This document shows positions 1 through 6,910 of a DNA stretch of 14,977 bases, piece by piece; position 1 is the first letter of the stretch, and each line of letters starts with the position of its first letter. The stretch lies in assembly GCA_034669905.1 (NCBI GenBank), contig JAXMOL010000086.1:1-14977 (forward strand). Reading direction: 5' to 3'. Below the pieces are notes generated by a model. That model was not told the origin of the DNA. It was given only the letters and a program-made list of their open reading frames with translations, and did not search any database. Both the position numbers and the translations under genes were made by a program. Source of the DNA: Candidatus Hydrogenedentota bacterium (lineage in GTDB: Bacteria > Hydrogenedentota > Hydrogenedentia > Hydrogenedentales > JAEUWI01).

Positions 1-321
1 CCTCAAACGGAGGAGTGAAGCGGGGGAAGTTTGTGGGTAGGAGAGGGGGACAGCCCCGACTGTCTTCGTGTGCCTCACCCGCCAAGGGGGACTGTTTCGC
101 CATCGAGCCGATATGCGAGGGGCGGCGGGCACTACGTCGGTGCAGTCCCCGTGTGACGAGGGGTGCCACCCTCAAACGGAGGAGTGAAGCGGGGGAAGTT
201 TGTGGGTGAAGGAGAGGGGGACGGCCCCGACTGTCTCGGTGTGCTTCACATTTCTTCGTGGACGGTTCCGCCATGGCATGACATTGTCTGGTGCGACCGG
301 CCCTATGTCGGTGCAGTCCCC
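1..321. repeat. Tandem composite REP/MITE-like repeat, two ~170-bp units; the first is truncated by the window edge
   Basis: Positions 1-38 are identical to 170-207. Each unit has hairpin A (CACCCTCAAAC 167-177 / GTTTGTGGGTG 198-208) and a 105-bp element with imperfect 15-bp inverted ends (46-60/136-150 and 217-231/307-321) around a 75-bp core. Confidence 0.85.
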
Positions 322-329
322 AAATAATC

Positions 330-359
330 CGGGCGGCCGATGAATTCACCGTCCGCCCG
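330..359 (-). terminator. Hairpin downstream of the PHP-GT4 gene, possible terminator
   Basis: The minus strand reads CGGGCGGACGGTGAATTCATCGGCCGCCCG, a long imperfect stem followed by GATTATTT, about 40 bp after the stop at 401. The U-tract is weak. Confidence 0.5.
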
Positions 360-400
360 TTATATGGGAAGCGCGCCGAAGCACGCGGTGTAGTTCGGGT

Positions 401-2887
401 TCATAGACTGCCGGCGTTCAGGAAACCCGTAAGGGGGAGGTCTTTCGACATCTCGCGACTGGGCTGGTCCTGGTCCGTGTACATTTTGTAGAGGGTCTCG
501 AAGGCCGAGGCGAAGTCCCGGTCACTCATGTATTCCCGCGCCGCGTGCCCCATGCGCTGGCGGAGGGCATGGTCGGTGCACAGGGTGCGCATGACCTCCT
601 GATAACCACGGGCGCACTCCGCACTGACCACGAAGCCGGTCTCTCCGGGGAGCAGGTTTTCCCGGGGGCCTCCCTTGTCACTGACCACGACGGGAAGTCC
701 GGAAGCCTGCGCTTCCAGCACGACATTACCGAAGGTGTCGGTCATGCTCGGAAACACGAGAAAGTCGCAGGAAGCGTAGAGCGCTGAGAGGGCATCTCCT
801 TCCACATAACCGGTGAATACTGCGGGGGCGTCCACGAGTGCGGCGGCCATCTCTTCGCGGTAGGGGCCATCACCGACCACAATGAGGCGTGCGTTGACGC
901 CTTCGGTGTAGAGATTCCAAAAGGCCTCCACCAGGGTGTGCAGGTTCTTCTCCCGGGAAACCCGACCGACATAGAGGATGTTGACCGCGCCGTCGTCGGG
1001 CACCTGATAGTCGGTGTGCAGGATATCACGCGTGTGTTTCGGGTGATAGCGCTCAATGTCGCAGCCACGGGGGTAGACCCGCAGTTTCTCGCCGTGGATG
1101 CCCCGCTCCAACAATTCATCCCCAAAGGCCCGGGACGGCACATAGACGGCGTCCATTTGCTCGTAGTACCAGATCATGGCCTTCCAAATCATATCCTCCA
1201 CGTAACGGTCTTCAGTCAGGGTCTTCGCATATTGGGGGAAGGCGGTGTGGTAGGTGCCGCTGATGGGAAGGTTGAGGATGCGCGCCACGCCCAGGGCGGC
1301 AAGTCCCACCGGACCAGGCGTCGCCGTGTGGATGTGGGTGTAGCCCGCTTCATAGCAATGGTGCAGCATTTCAAGGAAGGGCGGGGTCAGCAGTTGGAGC
1401 TCGGGATACTCGGGCAACGTGAAACTGCCCACCGCCGTGAAGGGACGGACACCCCGCTGGGCGGCTCGTTTCTCCGTTGTGCACGTGATGATTTCATAGT
1501 CCTTGCCCAATTCCTGGGCGAGCTTACGATGCTCCTGCAGCGTACGGGCCACGCCATTCACCTCATAGAACGTATCGGTGAAGTGGGCTACCTTAGGCGC
1601 CTTTCCATCGGCCTTAAACCAGGGCTTCTTTCCGTGGAAGTGTTCCAGGACTTCATGGCTCCAGGTCTGCTCTTTTCGGTGCAGCGAATAAGAAACGAAG
1701 TAGGGGGCCAGCAGGGTGTAGAGGGCCCCCGTTGCGCCCACCGTGTGGAAGATGTCGAAGAAGCGCCCTTTGAGCACCCGCTCGAAAAAGTGCTTTTCCA
1801 TGTGGTGGAGTACCCGGCCGGAGACCTGGGTTACAAAGTCGTACCACTGCCAGTCCAGCGTATCGGGTGTGTTCTGGCCACCCCGGACGATGGTCATGAG
1901 CTTGGGATCGTTGATGATAAGTCGCTCCGCCTCGTGGCGGGCTATCTGGAAGATAGAATTCTCATCGCCCATGTCGCGGGCCGCCCGGCGGCGCGTGCGC
2001 AACACGTGGAACCAGGTGGGCGTTGAGGGAGACGTTTCCTGCGGCGTGGTGAGGGTGCGTTCCAGGAAGTTGAGGAACACATCCTTGTCCACATAGGCGT
2101 CCAGGTTAAAGCGCGTCTTGTAAAACTGATAGGCGATGCTGTAAATGCGCCGCGAAAAGGCGTTCGGCGTCGCCGTGCCACACAGGATACGCGTTTGGCC
2201 TTCGTTAATACCTTCAAAAAACGCATCGATATCGTGGGCCCGGGCGACCTCGGTGTAAGAGGTGGCCAGGCCGAGGCCACTGTGGTCGTCACTTCCGCTG
2301 GTAAAGTTTTTCTCCCACGGGCGTTCAAACTGGGGTTCAATCCCATGCTTATCAATGAGACGGTCGATGTCGTTCTTGTCCAGGTGCTTGACCAGCGTGC
2401 TCACCGCGTCATTCATAACCGGGTTCATGTCGCCGTTCAATTCCCAGTTCTTAAAGAGGAGAACGAGTTGTTCGACATGCTCCAGGGTGAGGCGGTCATT
2501 GATCCAGAAAAAGGGATGGGCGCAGACGTGGGGGAGCTTGTGGGTCTGGACATAGTTGACGAGGTCAAAAATGTTCTTGCGCGCTTCCGTCAGTTCCCGG
2601 TGCTGTTGCTCCGTCTGGCGGTACACCAGGATGTGGACCTTGCAATGATCTTCGGGGAAGTAGGTGGTGTACTCGCAGCCCACGAAGGCATGGGGGAGGT
2701 GGGCAATCTCCAGGGCGCCATCGATCACATTGTGATCGGTGATGGTGACCGCGTCCATGCCCTTTTCACGGAGGATGCGGTACATGGCGGCAGGCTCGGA
2801 AAAGCTTTCCGGACAATTGATTTTTTGCATCAGCCACAAGGACGGACGCTTCGACCATTTCGAGTGACAGTGAAGATCCACACGCAT
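401..2887 (-). CDS. PHP-domain phosphoesterase fused to a GT4 (GT-B) glycosyltransferase, 828 aa
   Basis: N-terminal PHP motifs: DLHCHS, ITDHN, CEYT...HIL, AHPF, GSDDH. C-terminal GT4 motifs: TDTFYEVNGVARTL, HTATPGPVG, YHTAFPQY, YVGRVSREKN, FPSMTDTFGNVVLEAQASGLPV. GGAGG RBS lies 10 nt upstream. Confidence 0.93.
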   Translation of the reverse strand: MRVDLHCHSKWSKRPSLWLMQKINCPESFSEPAAMYRILREKGMDAVTITDHNVIDGALEIAHLPHAFVGCEYTTYFPEDHCKVHILVYRQTEQQHRELTEARKNIFDLVNYVQTHKLPHVCAHPFFWINDRLTLEHVEQLVLLFKNWELNGDMNPVMNDAVSTLVKHLDKNDIDRLIDKHGIEPQFERPWEKNFTSGSDDHSGLGLATSYTEVARAHDIDAFFEGINEGQTRILCGTATPNAFSRRIYSIAYQFYKTRFNLDAYVDKDVFLNFLERTLTTPQETSPSTPTWFHVLRTRRRAARDMGDENSIFQIARHEAERLIINDPKLMTIVRGGQNTPDTLDWQWYDFVTQVSGRVLHHMEKHFFERVLKGRFFDIFHTVGATGALYTLLAPYFVSYSLHRKEQTWSHEVLEHFHGKKPWFKADGKAPKVAHFTDTFYEVNGVARTLQEHRKLAQELGKDYEIITCTTEKRAAQRGVRPFTAVGSFTLPEYPELQLLTPPFLEMLHHCYEAGYTHIHTATPGPVGLAALGVARILNLPISGTYHTAFPQYAKTLTEDRYVEDMIWKAMIWYYEQMDAVYVPSRAFGDELLERGIHGEKLRVYPRGCDIERYHPKHTRDILHTDYQVPDDGAVNILYVGRVSREKNLHTLVEAFWNLYTEGVNARLIVVGDGPYREEMAAALVDAPAVFTGYVEGDALSALYASCDFLVFPSMTDTFGNVVLEAQASGLPVVVSDKGGPRENLLPGETGFVVSAECARGYQEVMRTLCTDHALRQRMGHAAREYMSDRDFASAFETLYKMYTDQDQPSREMSKDLPLTGFLNAGSL

Positions 2888-2940
2888 AGTGACATACCCT
2901 CCAAGATGAATCGGGCGGAACAGCGATTCGGTACGTACAT

Positions 2941-2983
2941 ACTGTACTGCGGCGCTGTTAGCTGGCCGTTAACGAGGGGTTTA
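2941..2983 (-). promoter_or_regulatory. Putative PhoB/OmpR-family tandem direct-repeat site (Pho-box-like) plus -10 element for the PHP-GT4 gene
   Basis: The minus strand reads TAAAC-N6-TTAAC-N6-CTAAC (11-bp period, 2983-2957), then 10 nt, then TACAGT (2946-2941). There is no recognisable -35. Confidence 0.45.
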
Positions 2984-3029
2984 ATTGGCGTGTGCAGGTT
3001 GTGGGGTGGAGGTGGGCTTTGTTGGCCTT

Positions 3030-3145
3030 GTGGACAATGTGGACGGGGTGGACGGGGTGGATGAAGTGGACATCAAAAACACCGCGTGCGCCGTGGAATT
3101 GGAGGTTGCCCCGTCCACTACGTACACGTCGTCCATCCAGTCCAC
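3030..3145. repeat. Inverted pair of 9-bp GTGGACnnn tandem arrays (REP-like hairpin)
   Basis: Five GTGGA(C/T)nnn units at 3030-3074 face four GT(C/A)CA(C/T) units with a 9-bp period at 3113-3145. The pair is intergenic, just downstream of ychF. Confidence 0.8.
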
Positions 3146-3167
3146 CAGGGCGTGAAGCCCCTTGCCC

Positions 3168-4268
3168 CTACACGTTAAAGCGGAAGTGCATCACGTCGCC
3201 GTCTTTTACCACATACTCCTTGCCTTCCACCCGCATGACACCCGCCGCCTTGGCACCTGCTTCGCCCTTGTGCTGGACGTAGGCGTCGTAGGCCGTCACT
3301 TCGGCGCGGATGAAGCCCCGCTCGAAATCGGTGTGGATGACGCCGGCGGCCTGGGGGGCCGTGTCACCGTCGTGGATGGTCCAAGCGCGCACTTCTTTGA
3401 CGCCGGCGGTGAAGTAGGCAATGAGACCCAGGGCCCGGAAGCCCTTGTGGATGACCTGGTCCAGCCCGCTCTCTTCGGCGCCGAGATCGGTCAGGAATTC
3501 CTGCCGTTCCTCGTCGCTCATGTCGACCATTTCCTCTTCCATCCTTGCGCAGAGTTTGACGACCTCGGCATTCTCTTTCGCCGCAATTTCCCGGACGACT
3601 GCCACATAGGGGTTGTCTTCCCCGAGGCCTTCTTCATCCACATTGGCCGCATAAATGACGGTCTTCCCGGTGATGAACTTCATTTCCGATTCGAGTTCGC
3701 GGTAGGCATCGCTGTCACGGTCGGGAAAGCTGCTGGCGGGATGGGCGGCTTCGAAATGCTTGGCAAGCGCCTCGGCCATGTCGAGCTGGGGCTGGAGTTT
3801 CTTGTCGGTGCGTACCTGTTTCCGGAGCTTGTCGATGCGTTTTTCGAGCTGCTGGAGGTCCGCCAGCAAGAGCTCGGTCTGAATCGTCTCGATATCTTCT
3901 TTCGGGTCCGGCTTGGCATTAACGTGCACGATGTTTTCGTCTTCAAAGCAGCGCACCACGTGGACAATGGCCGAGGTCTCTCGGATGTTGCCTAAGAACT
4001 GATTGCCCAGGCCTTCACCGGTGCTCGCCCCTTTCACGAGGCCGGCAATATCCACGAACTCTACCGTCGCGTATTGGACGCGTTGCGGCTTGACGATCTC
4101 TACCAGGGCGTCGATCCGCGGGTCCGGAACGGGCACGATGGCCTTATTGGGCTCGATAGTGCAGAAGGGATAGTTGGCCGCTTCCGCATTCTGCGCCTTG
4201 GTGAGGGCGTTAAACGTGGTGCTTTTTCCGACGTTGGGCAGGCCAACAATACCGATACTGAGTGCCAT
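3168..4268 (-). CDS. ychF: Redox-regulated ribosome-binding ATPase YchF, 366 aa
   Basis: Motifs [47 protein letters not shown] and the TGS domain ending [16 protein letters not shown]...[11 protein letters not shown]. Start set at ATG 4268 after an AAGGA RBS. Confidence 0.98.
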   Translation of the reverse strand: MALSIGIVGLPNVGKSTTFNALTKAQNAEAANYPFCTIEPNKAIVPVPDPRIDALVEIVKPQRVQYATVEFVDIAGLVKGASTGEGLGNQFLGNIRETSAIVHVVRCFEDENIVHVNAKPDPKEDIETIQTELLLADLQQLEKRIDKLRKQVRTDKKLQPQLDMAEALAKHFEAAHPASSFPDRDSDAYRELESEMKFITGKTVIYAANVDEEGLGEDNPYVAVVREIAAKENAEVVKLCARMEEEMVDMSDEERQEFLTDLGAEESGLDQVIHKGFRALGLIAYFTAGVKEVRAWTIHDGDTAPQAAGVIHTDFERGFIRAEVTAYDAYVQHKGEAGAKAAGVMRVEGKEYVVKDGDVMHFRFNV

Positions 4269-4439
4269 GGGGAATTCCTTCGTCACGCCGATGCCCCAGG
4301 TCAAATGGCCTTACCGGGCGTAGCTACGGGTAGGGCAGGGGAACGCTGATATCTTGGATAGTTGGAGATGCGGAACGGTACGCGACCAATTGTCGGCCAG
4401 ACCCAAGGGTAGCGGGAGGGTATCGTACGCAAGGGCGAG

Positions 4440-4469
4440 ATTGTAGCATGGGGCCATGAGAGCGGGCAA
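4440..4469 (-). promoter_or_regulatory. Putative sigma70 promoter for ychF
   Basis: The minus strand reads TTGCCC-N18-TACAAT with an extended -10 TG. Confidence 0.4.
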
Positions 4470-4613
4470 GAATTGACGCGTTCACACGGGAAAGTCATTT
4501 CTTGCCTGTCCCGGGGATCAAATGGGCAATGGCGCCCCATCTGCCCCCCTCAAAAGGGGCTGCCAGGATGAACCGCCCCGGGTTTCTTCGGTATAGTTGT
4601 GGCGGAGGGACCT

Positions 4614-6632
4614 ATGAGCGAAACATTGGTCAACTACGTCGTAGGTGCCACCGATGAGCAACTATTGGCGTTGAGTCTGGAAGATATCGCCCTCAGTCAG
4701 GCGTGGTATGCGTCGTATGTCGGCGTAGCATCTATACGGGAGAGTTGTGTCGCTTTGCCGGGGCGGGTCGCGCAATGGACTGCCGACAAACAGGATGCCG
4801 GTAAGAGTACCCACGGCGCACGACAACAACCCATTCTGCGAAGCGTGCTGGACCGTCTCCTCGCTAAGGGGCCGGAAATTCTGGCCCGGGATGAACTCGA
4901 TTTTCTCTTTTTCGCCTATGAGCTGATACAACGCACCAAGTCTCGAAACCAGTTCCAGCGCCCCCTGGACTTAATGGCCCCCCAGATGGAGGCCATCAAA
5001 TCCCTGCGCGAAACCCGGGAGGCCGTCCGCGGCTTGCCCGTCGTGCTGAAACAGGTGGGCGTGGCCACCGAGGCCAGCATCCTGGCGGCACCCCGCCGCA
5101 CTATCGGTAATTTCGGCGGATTGGCCCTGTCCTTTCGAGGGCCCGTGTTGCGCCACGGTGGGTCCCTGAAGATTGTGGGAGATGTTCCGGATGGCGCGGC
5201 GGTGGTCGTAGAAGGCGAGGCCTGCTATGTGGCGGGCTACGTGTTGGGAAACCTGCTCGTCAACGGACACACCGAAGTGCGGGACAACATCTCCGGCTTA
5301 CTCATCTCCCAGCGGGGCAATATCCGGGCCCGGGGTATCGTCAATCGAGCGACTGTCATCGCGAAATTGGGCCGCATACGCATCGGAGTGGCCGAAGGGC
5401 CCGAACTGGTCTATGGGGGGACGCAAATACGAGTCGATGAGCGTACCCGTCTCGGGCGCTATATCGCTCCCCGGATCCGCGTGGACGGGGAAGTGACCGG
5501 GGGGGAGTTTACGGTGACGACCCGATTGCAGGCGGAGCGGTTTAACCACGCCGCCCATCAGCCCGTGGAGCTTGTACTCCGGAGCGAGTTGGTCGCGGAA
5601 GACTACGGTGAGACCCTGCCACGCGAAGCACACACCCTTCAGCGCACGGTGAAGAAACTGCGCAATCGGCTGGACCACCTCCACAAGTTGATGACGGTCC
5701 AACAGGAAGAGGCGGAGCACTACGCCAGCACGGCGCTCCTTTATATCTGTAGCGGCAAAGAATCCCAGAAGGAATTGCAGGCCGGCGATTCCCTCAAACG
5801 TCGTCGTGCCTTCCTCATTCGAATTCTGACGGGCGTGCACCTCCTGTCCGTGTCCTTGAGCGAACGGCTGCAACAAATCGACACCCGCGGTACGTCAAGT
5901 AGTGCCGGTGCGTTGTCGGCAGAGCGTTCCATCCAGTCTGTGCTTTCCGAAGTAAGCAAGGAACTTTCCCAATTAAAAATAGAAGGGGAGTTTCCCGAGG
6001 AGTTGGATCGGGAGTGGAGTGAACTCATGGCGCTGCACGCCGCGTCATCGCGCAAGGTATCCGAGAGCGTTTTGTCGCAGGCCATACTTCGCTTTAACGA
6101 AGCACGAAAAGCCTGGCGCAGTGAGCTGGATAGCCTGGACCGACAGACGAAACAACTTCAGGAGAATCTCACACGAGATGCCACCCGAAAATCCCTGGTG
6201 GAGCGCGCCCAGGCCGACGGCACGAGCCAGACGGCCCTGGCCCAACTCATTCGGGCGGCCAAGCAACGGGGTGCCGATGACCCCGTGATGCAGCGAATCA
6301 TGAACCCTTTCATGAAGCGTATGCTCACCCTCATGCAAAAGCGCAACCAGTGGGTCGAGCGGTACCGAAAGGAAGCTGGGGAGTGCCGGGCCGAAATGAC
6401 GGAACATCAAAACAGACTGCTCGATGAATTCAGTGTAGGCTCCGTCGTCTCCGGGGATACCCTCCAGGTAAAGGGGAGCTTTGCGGCCGGGGTGCAACTC
6501 TTTGTGGAGGAAAAGCATCCCGTCATGGCGGGCATCGAGCGGGGGACGGCTTTGGTCACCCCCGACACCGGCCACGAAGTATGGAAGTACACGGTAACAG
6601 ACGGAGCAGTTTTGCGTGTAACGCAGGCGTGA
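4614..6632 (+). CDS. Hypothetical protein with a FapA/DUF342-like beta-solenoid and long helical/coiled-coil insert, ~672 aa
   Basis: Long ORF with ATG 4614 after GGAGG. It has Gly/Val-rich beta-helix-type repeats (GSLKIVGDVPDGAAVVVEGEACYVAGYVLGNLLVNG...GNIRARGIVNRATVIAKLG), heptad-like helical segments, and a closing LQVKGSFAAGVQLFV. The family call is by eye only. Confidence 0.6.
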   Translation: MSETLVNYVVGATDEQLLALSLEDIALSQAWYASYVGVASIRESCVALPGRVAQWTADKQDAGKSTHGARQQPILRSVLDRLLAKGPEILARDELDFLFFAYELIQRTKSRNQFQRPLDLMAPQMEAIKSLRETREAVRGLPVVLKQVGVATEASILAAPRRTIGNFGGLALSFRGPVLRHGGSLKIVGDVPDGAAVVVEGEACYVAGYVLGNLLVNGHTEVRDNISGLLISQRGNIRARGIVNRATVIAKLGRIRIGVAEGPELVYGGTQIRVDERTRLGRYIAPRIRVDGEVTGGEFTVTTRLQAERFNHAAHQPVELVLRSELVAEDYGETLPREAHTLQRTVKKLRNRLDHLHKLMTVQQEEAEHYASTALLYICSGKESQKELQAGDSLKRRRAFLIRILTGVHLLSVSLSERLQQIDTRGTSSSAGALSAERSIQSVLSEVSKELSQLKIEGEFPEELDREWSELMALHAASSRKVSESVLSQAILRFNEARKAWRSELDSLDRQTKQLQENLTRDATRKSLVERAQADGTSQTALAQLIRAAKQRGADDPVMQRIMNPFMKRMLTLMQKRNQWVERYRKEAGECRAEMTEHQNRLLDEFSVGSVVSGDTLQVKGSFAAGVQLFVEEKHPVMAGIERGTALVTPDTGHEVWKYTVTDGAVLRVTQA

Positions 6633-6635
6633 GAA

Positions 6636-6710
6636 TGGTGCCCCGAACAGGAATCGAACCTGTATCCTTCGCTTAGGAGGCGAATGTTCTATCCGTTGAA
6701 CTATCGGGGC
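6636..6710 (-). tRNA. tRNA-Arg(CCT), 75 nt with encoded CCA
   Basis: The reverse complement is GCCCCGATAGTTCAACGGATAGAACATTCGCCTCCTAAGCGAAGGATACAGGTTCGATTCCTGTTCGGGGCACCA. Acceptor stem GCCCCGA/TCGGGGC; anticodon arm TTCGC-CTCCTAA-GCGAA; T-loop TTCGATT. Confidence 0.97.
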
Positions 6711-6732
6711 CGCTGGAGTGTTTAGAGGCGGA

Positions 6733-6762
6733 AGTCTACCCAAATTCTGTCGTATGATACAA
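6733..6762 (-). promoter_or_regulatory. Putative sigma70 promoter for tRNA-Arg
   Basis: The minus strand reads TTGTAT-N18-TAGACT, followed by a GC-rich discriminator-like TCCGCC. Confidence 0.4.
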
Positions 6763-6822
6763 CCTTTCCTGGCCGGGAAGCCGTTAAAACGCGGCCCTGC
6801 CTATTCTAAAACGTGGCTTCAC

Positions 6823-6851
6823 TTGCGAAGTGTATTGCGGGATCGTATGCT
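6823..6851 (+). promoter_or_regulatory. Putative sigma70 promoter for the CNNM/CorC gene
   Basis: TTGCGA-N17-TATGCT, about 60 bp upstream of ATG 6911. Confidence 0.35.
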
Positions 6852-6910
6852 ACTCCTCTGGGGCGTAACCCACCACCGCTGTAGTGTTTCCAACAGGGAT
6901 TCTTAAAATT

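Noticed and set aside
1..321. CRISPR array
   Set aside because: There are only two units with a ~170-bp period, the 'spacers' are homologous to each other, and no cas genes are present.
2992..3282. 96-aa ORF with WTx repeats that looks like a small membrane protein
   Set aside because: The Trp periodicity comes from the GTGGACnnn DNA repeat, and the ORF overlaps ychF antisense.
938..3995. Long plus-strand ORFs 938-2026, 2195-3064 and 3162-3995
   Set aside because: They are antisense shadows of the PHP-GT4 gene and ychF, expected in high-GC DNA, and carry no recognisable motifs.
4269..4304. Longer ychF start from the ORF track (likewise upstream starts at 4599, 6884 and 8752)
   Set aside because: The downstream ATGs fit the RBS position and/or the family N-terminus better.
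6636..6710. tRNA-anchored genomic island or prophage
   Set aside because: I saw no integrase and no duplicated tRNA 3' end, and the flanking genes look chromosomal.
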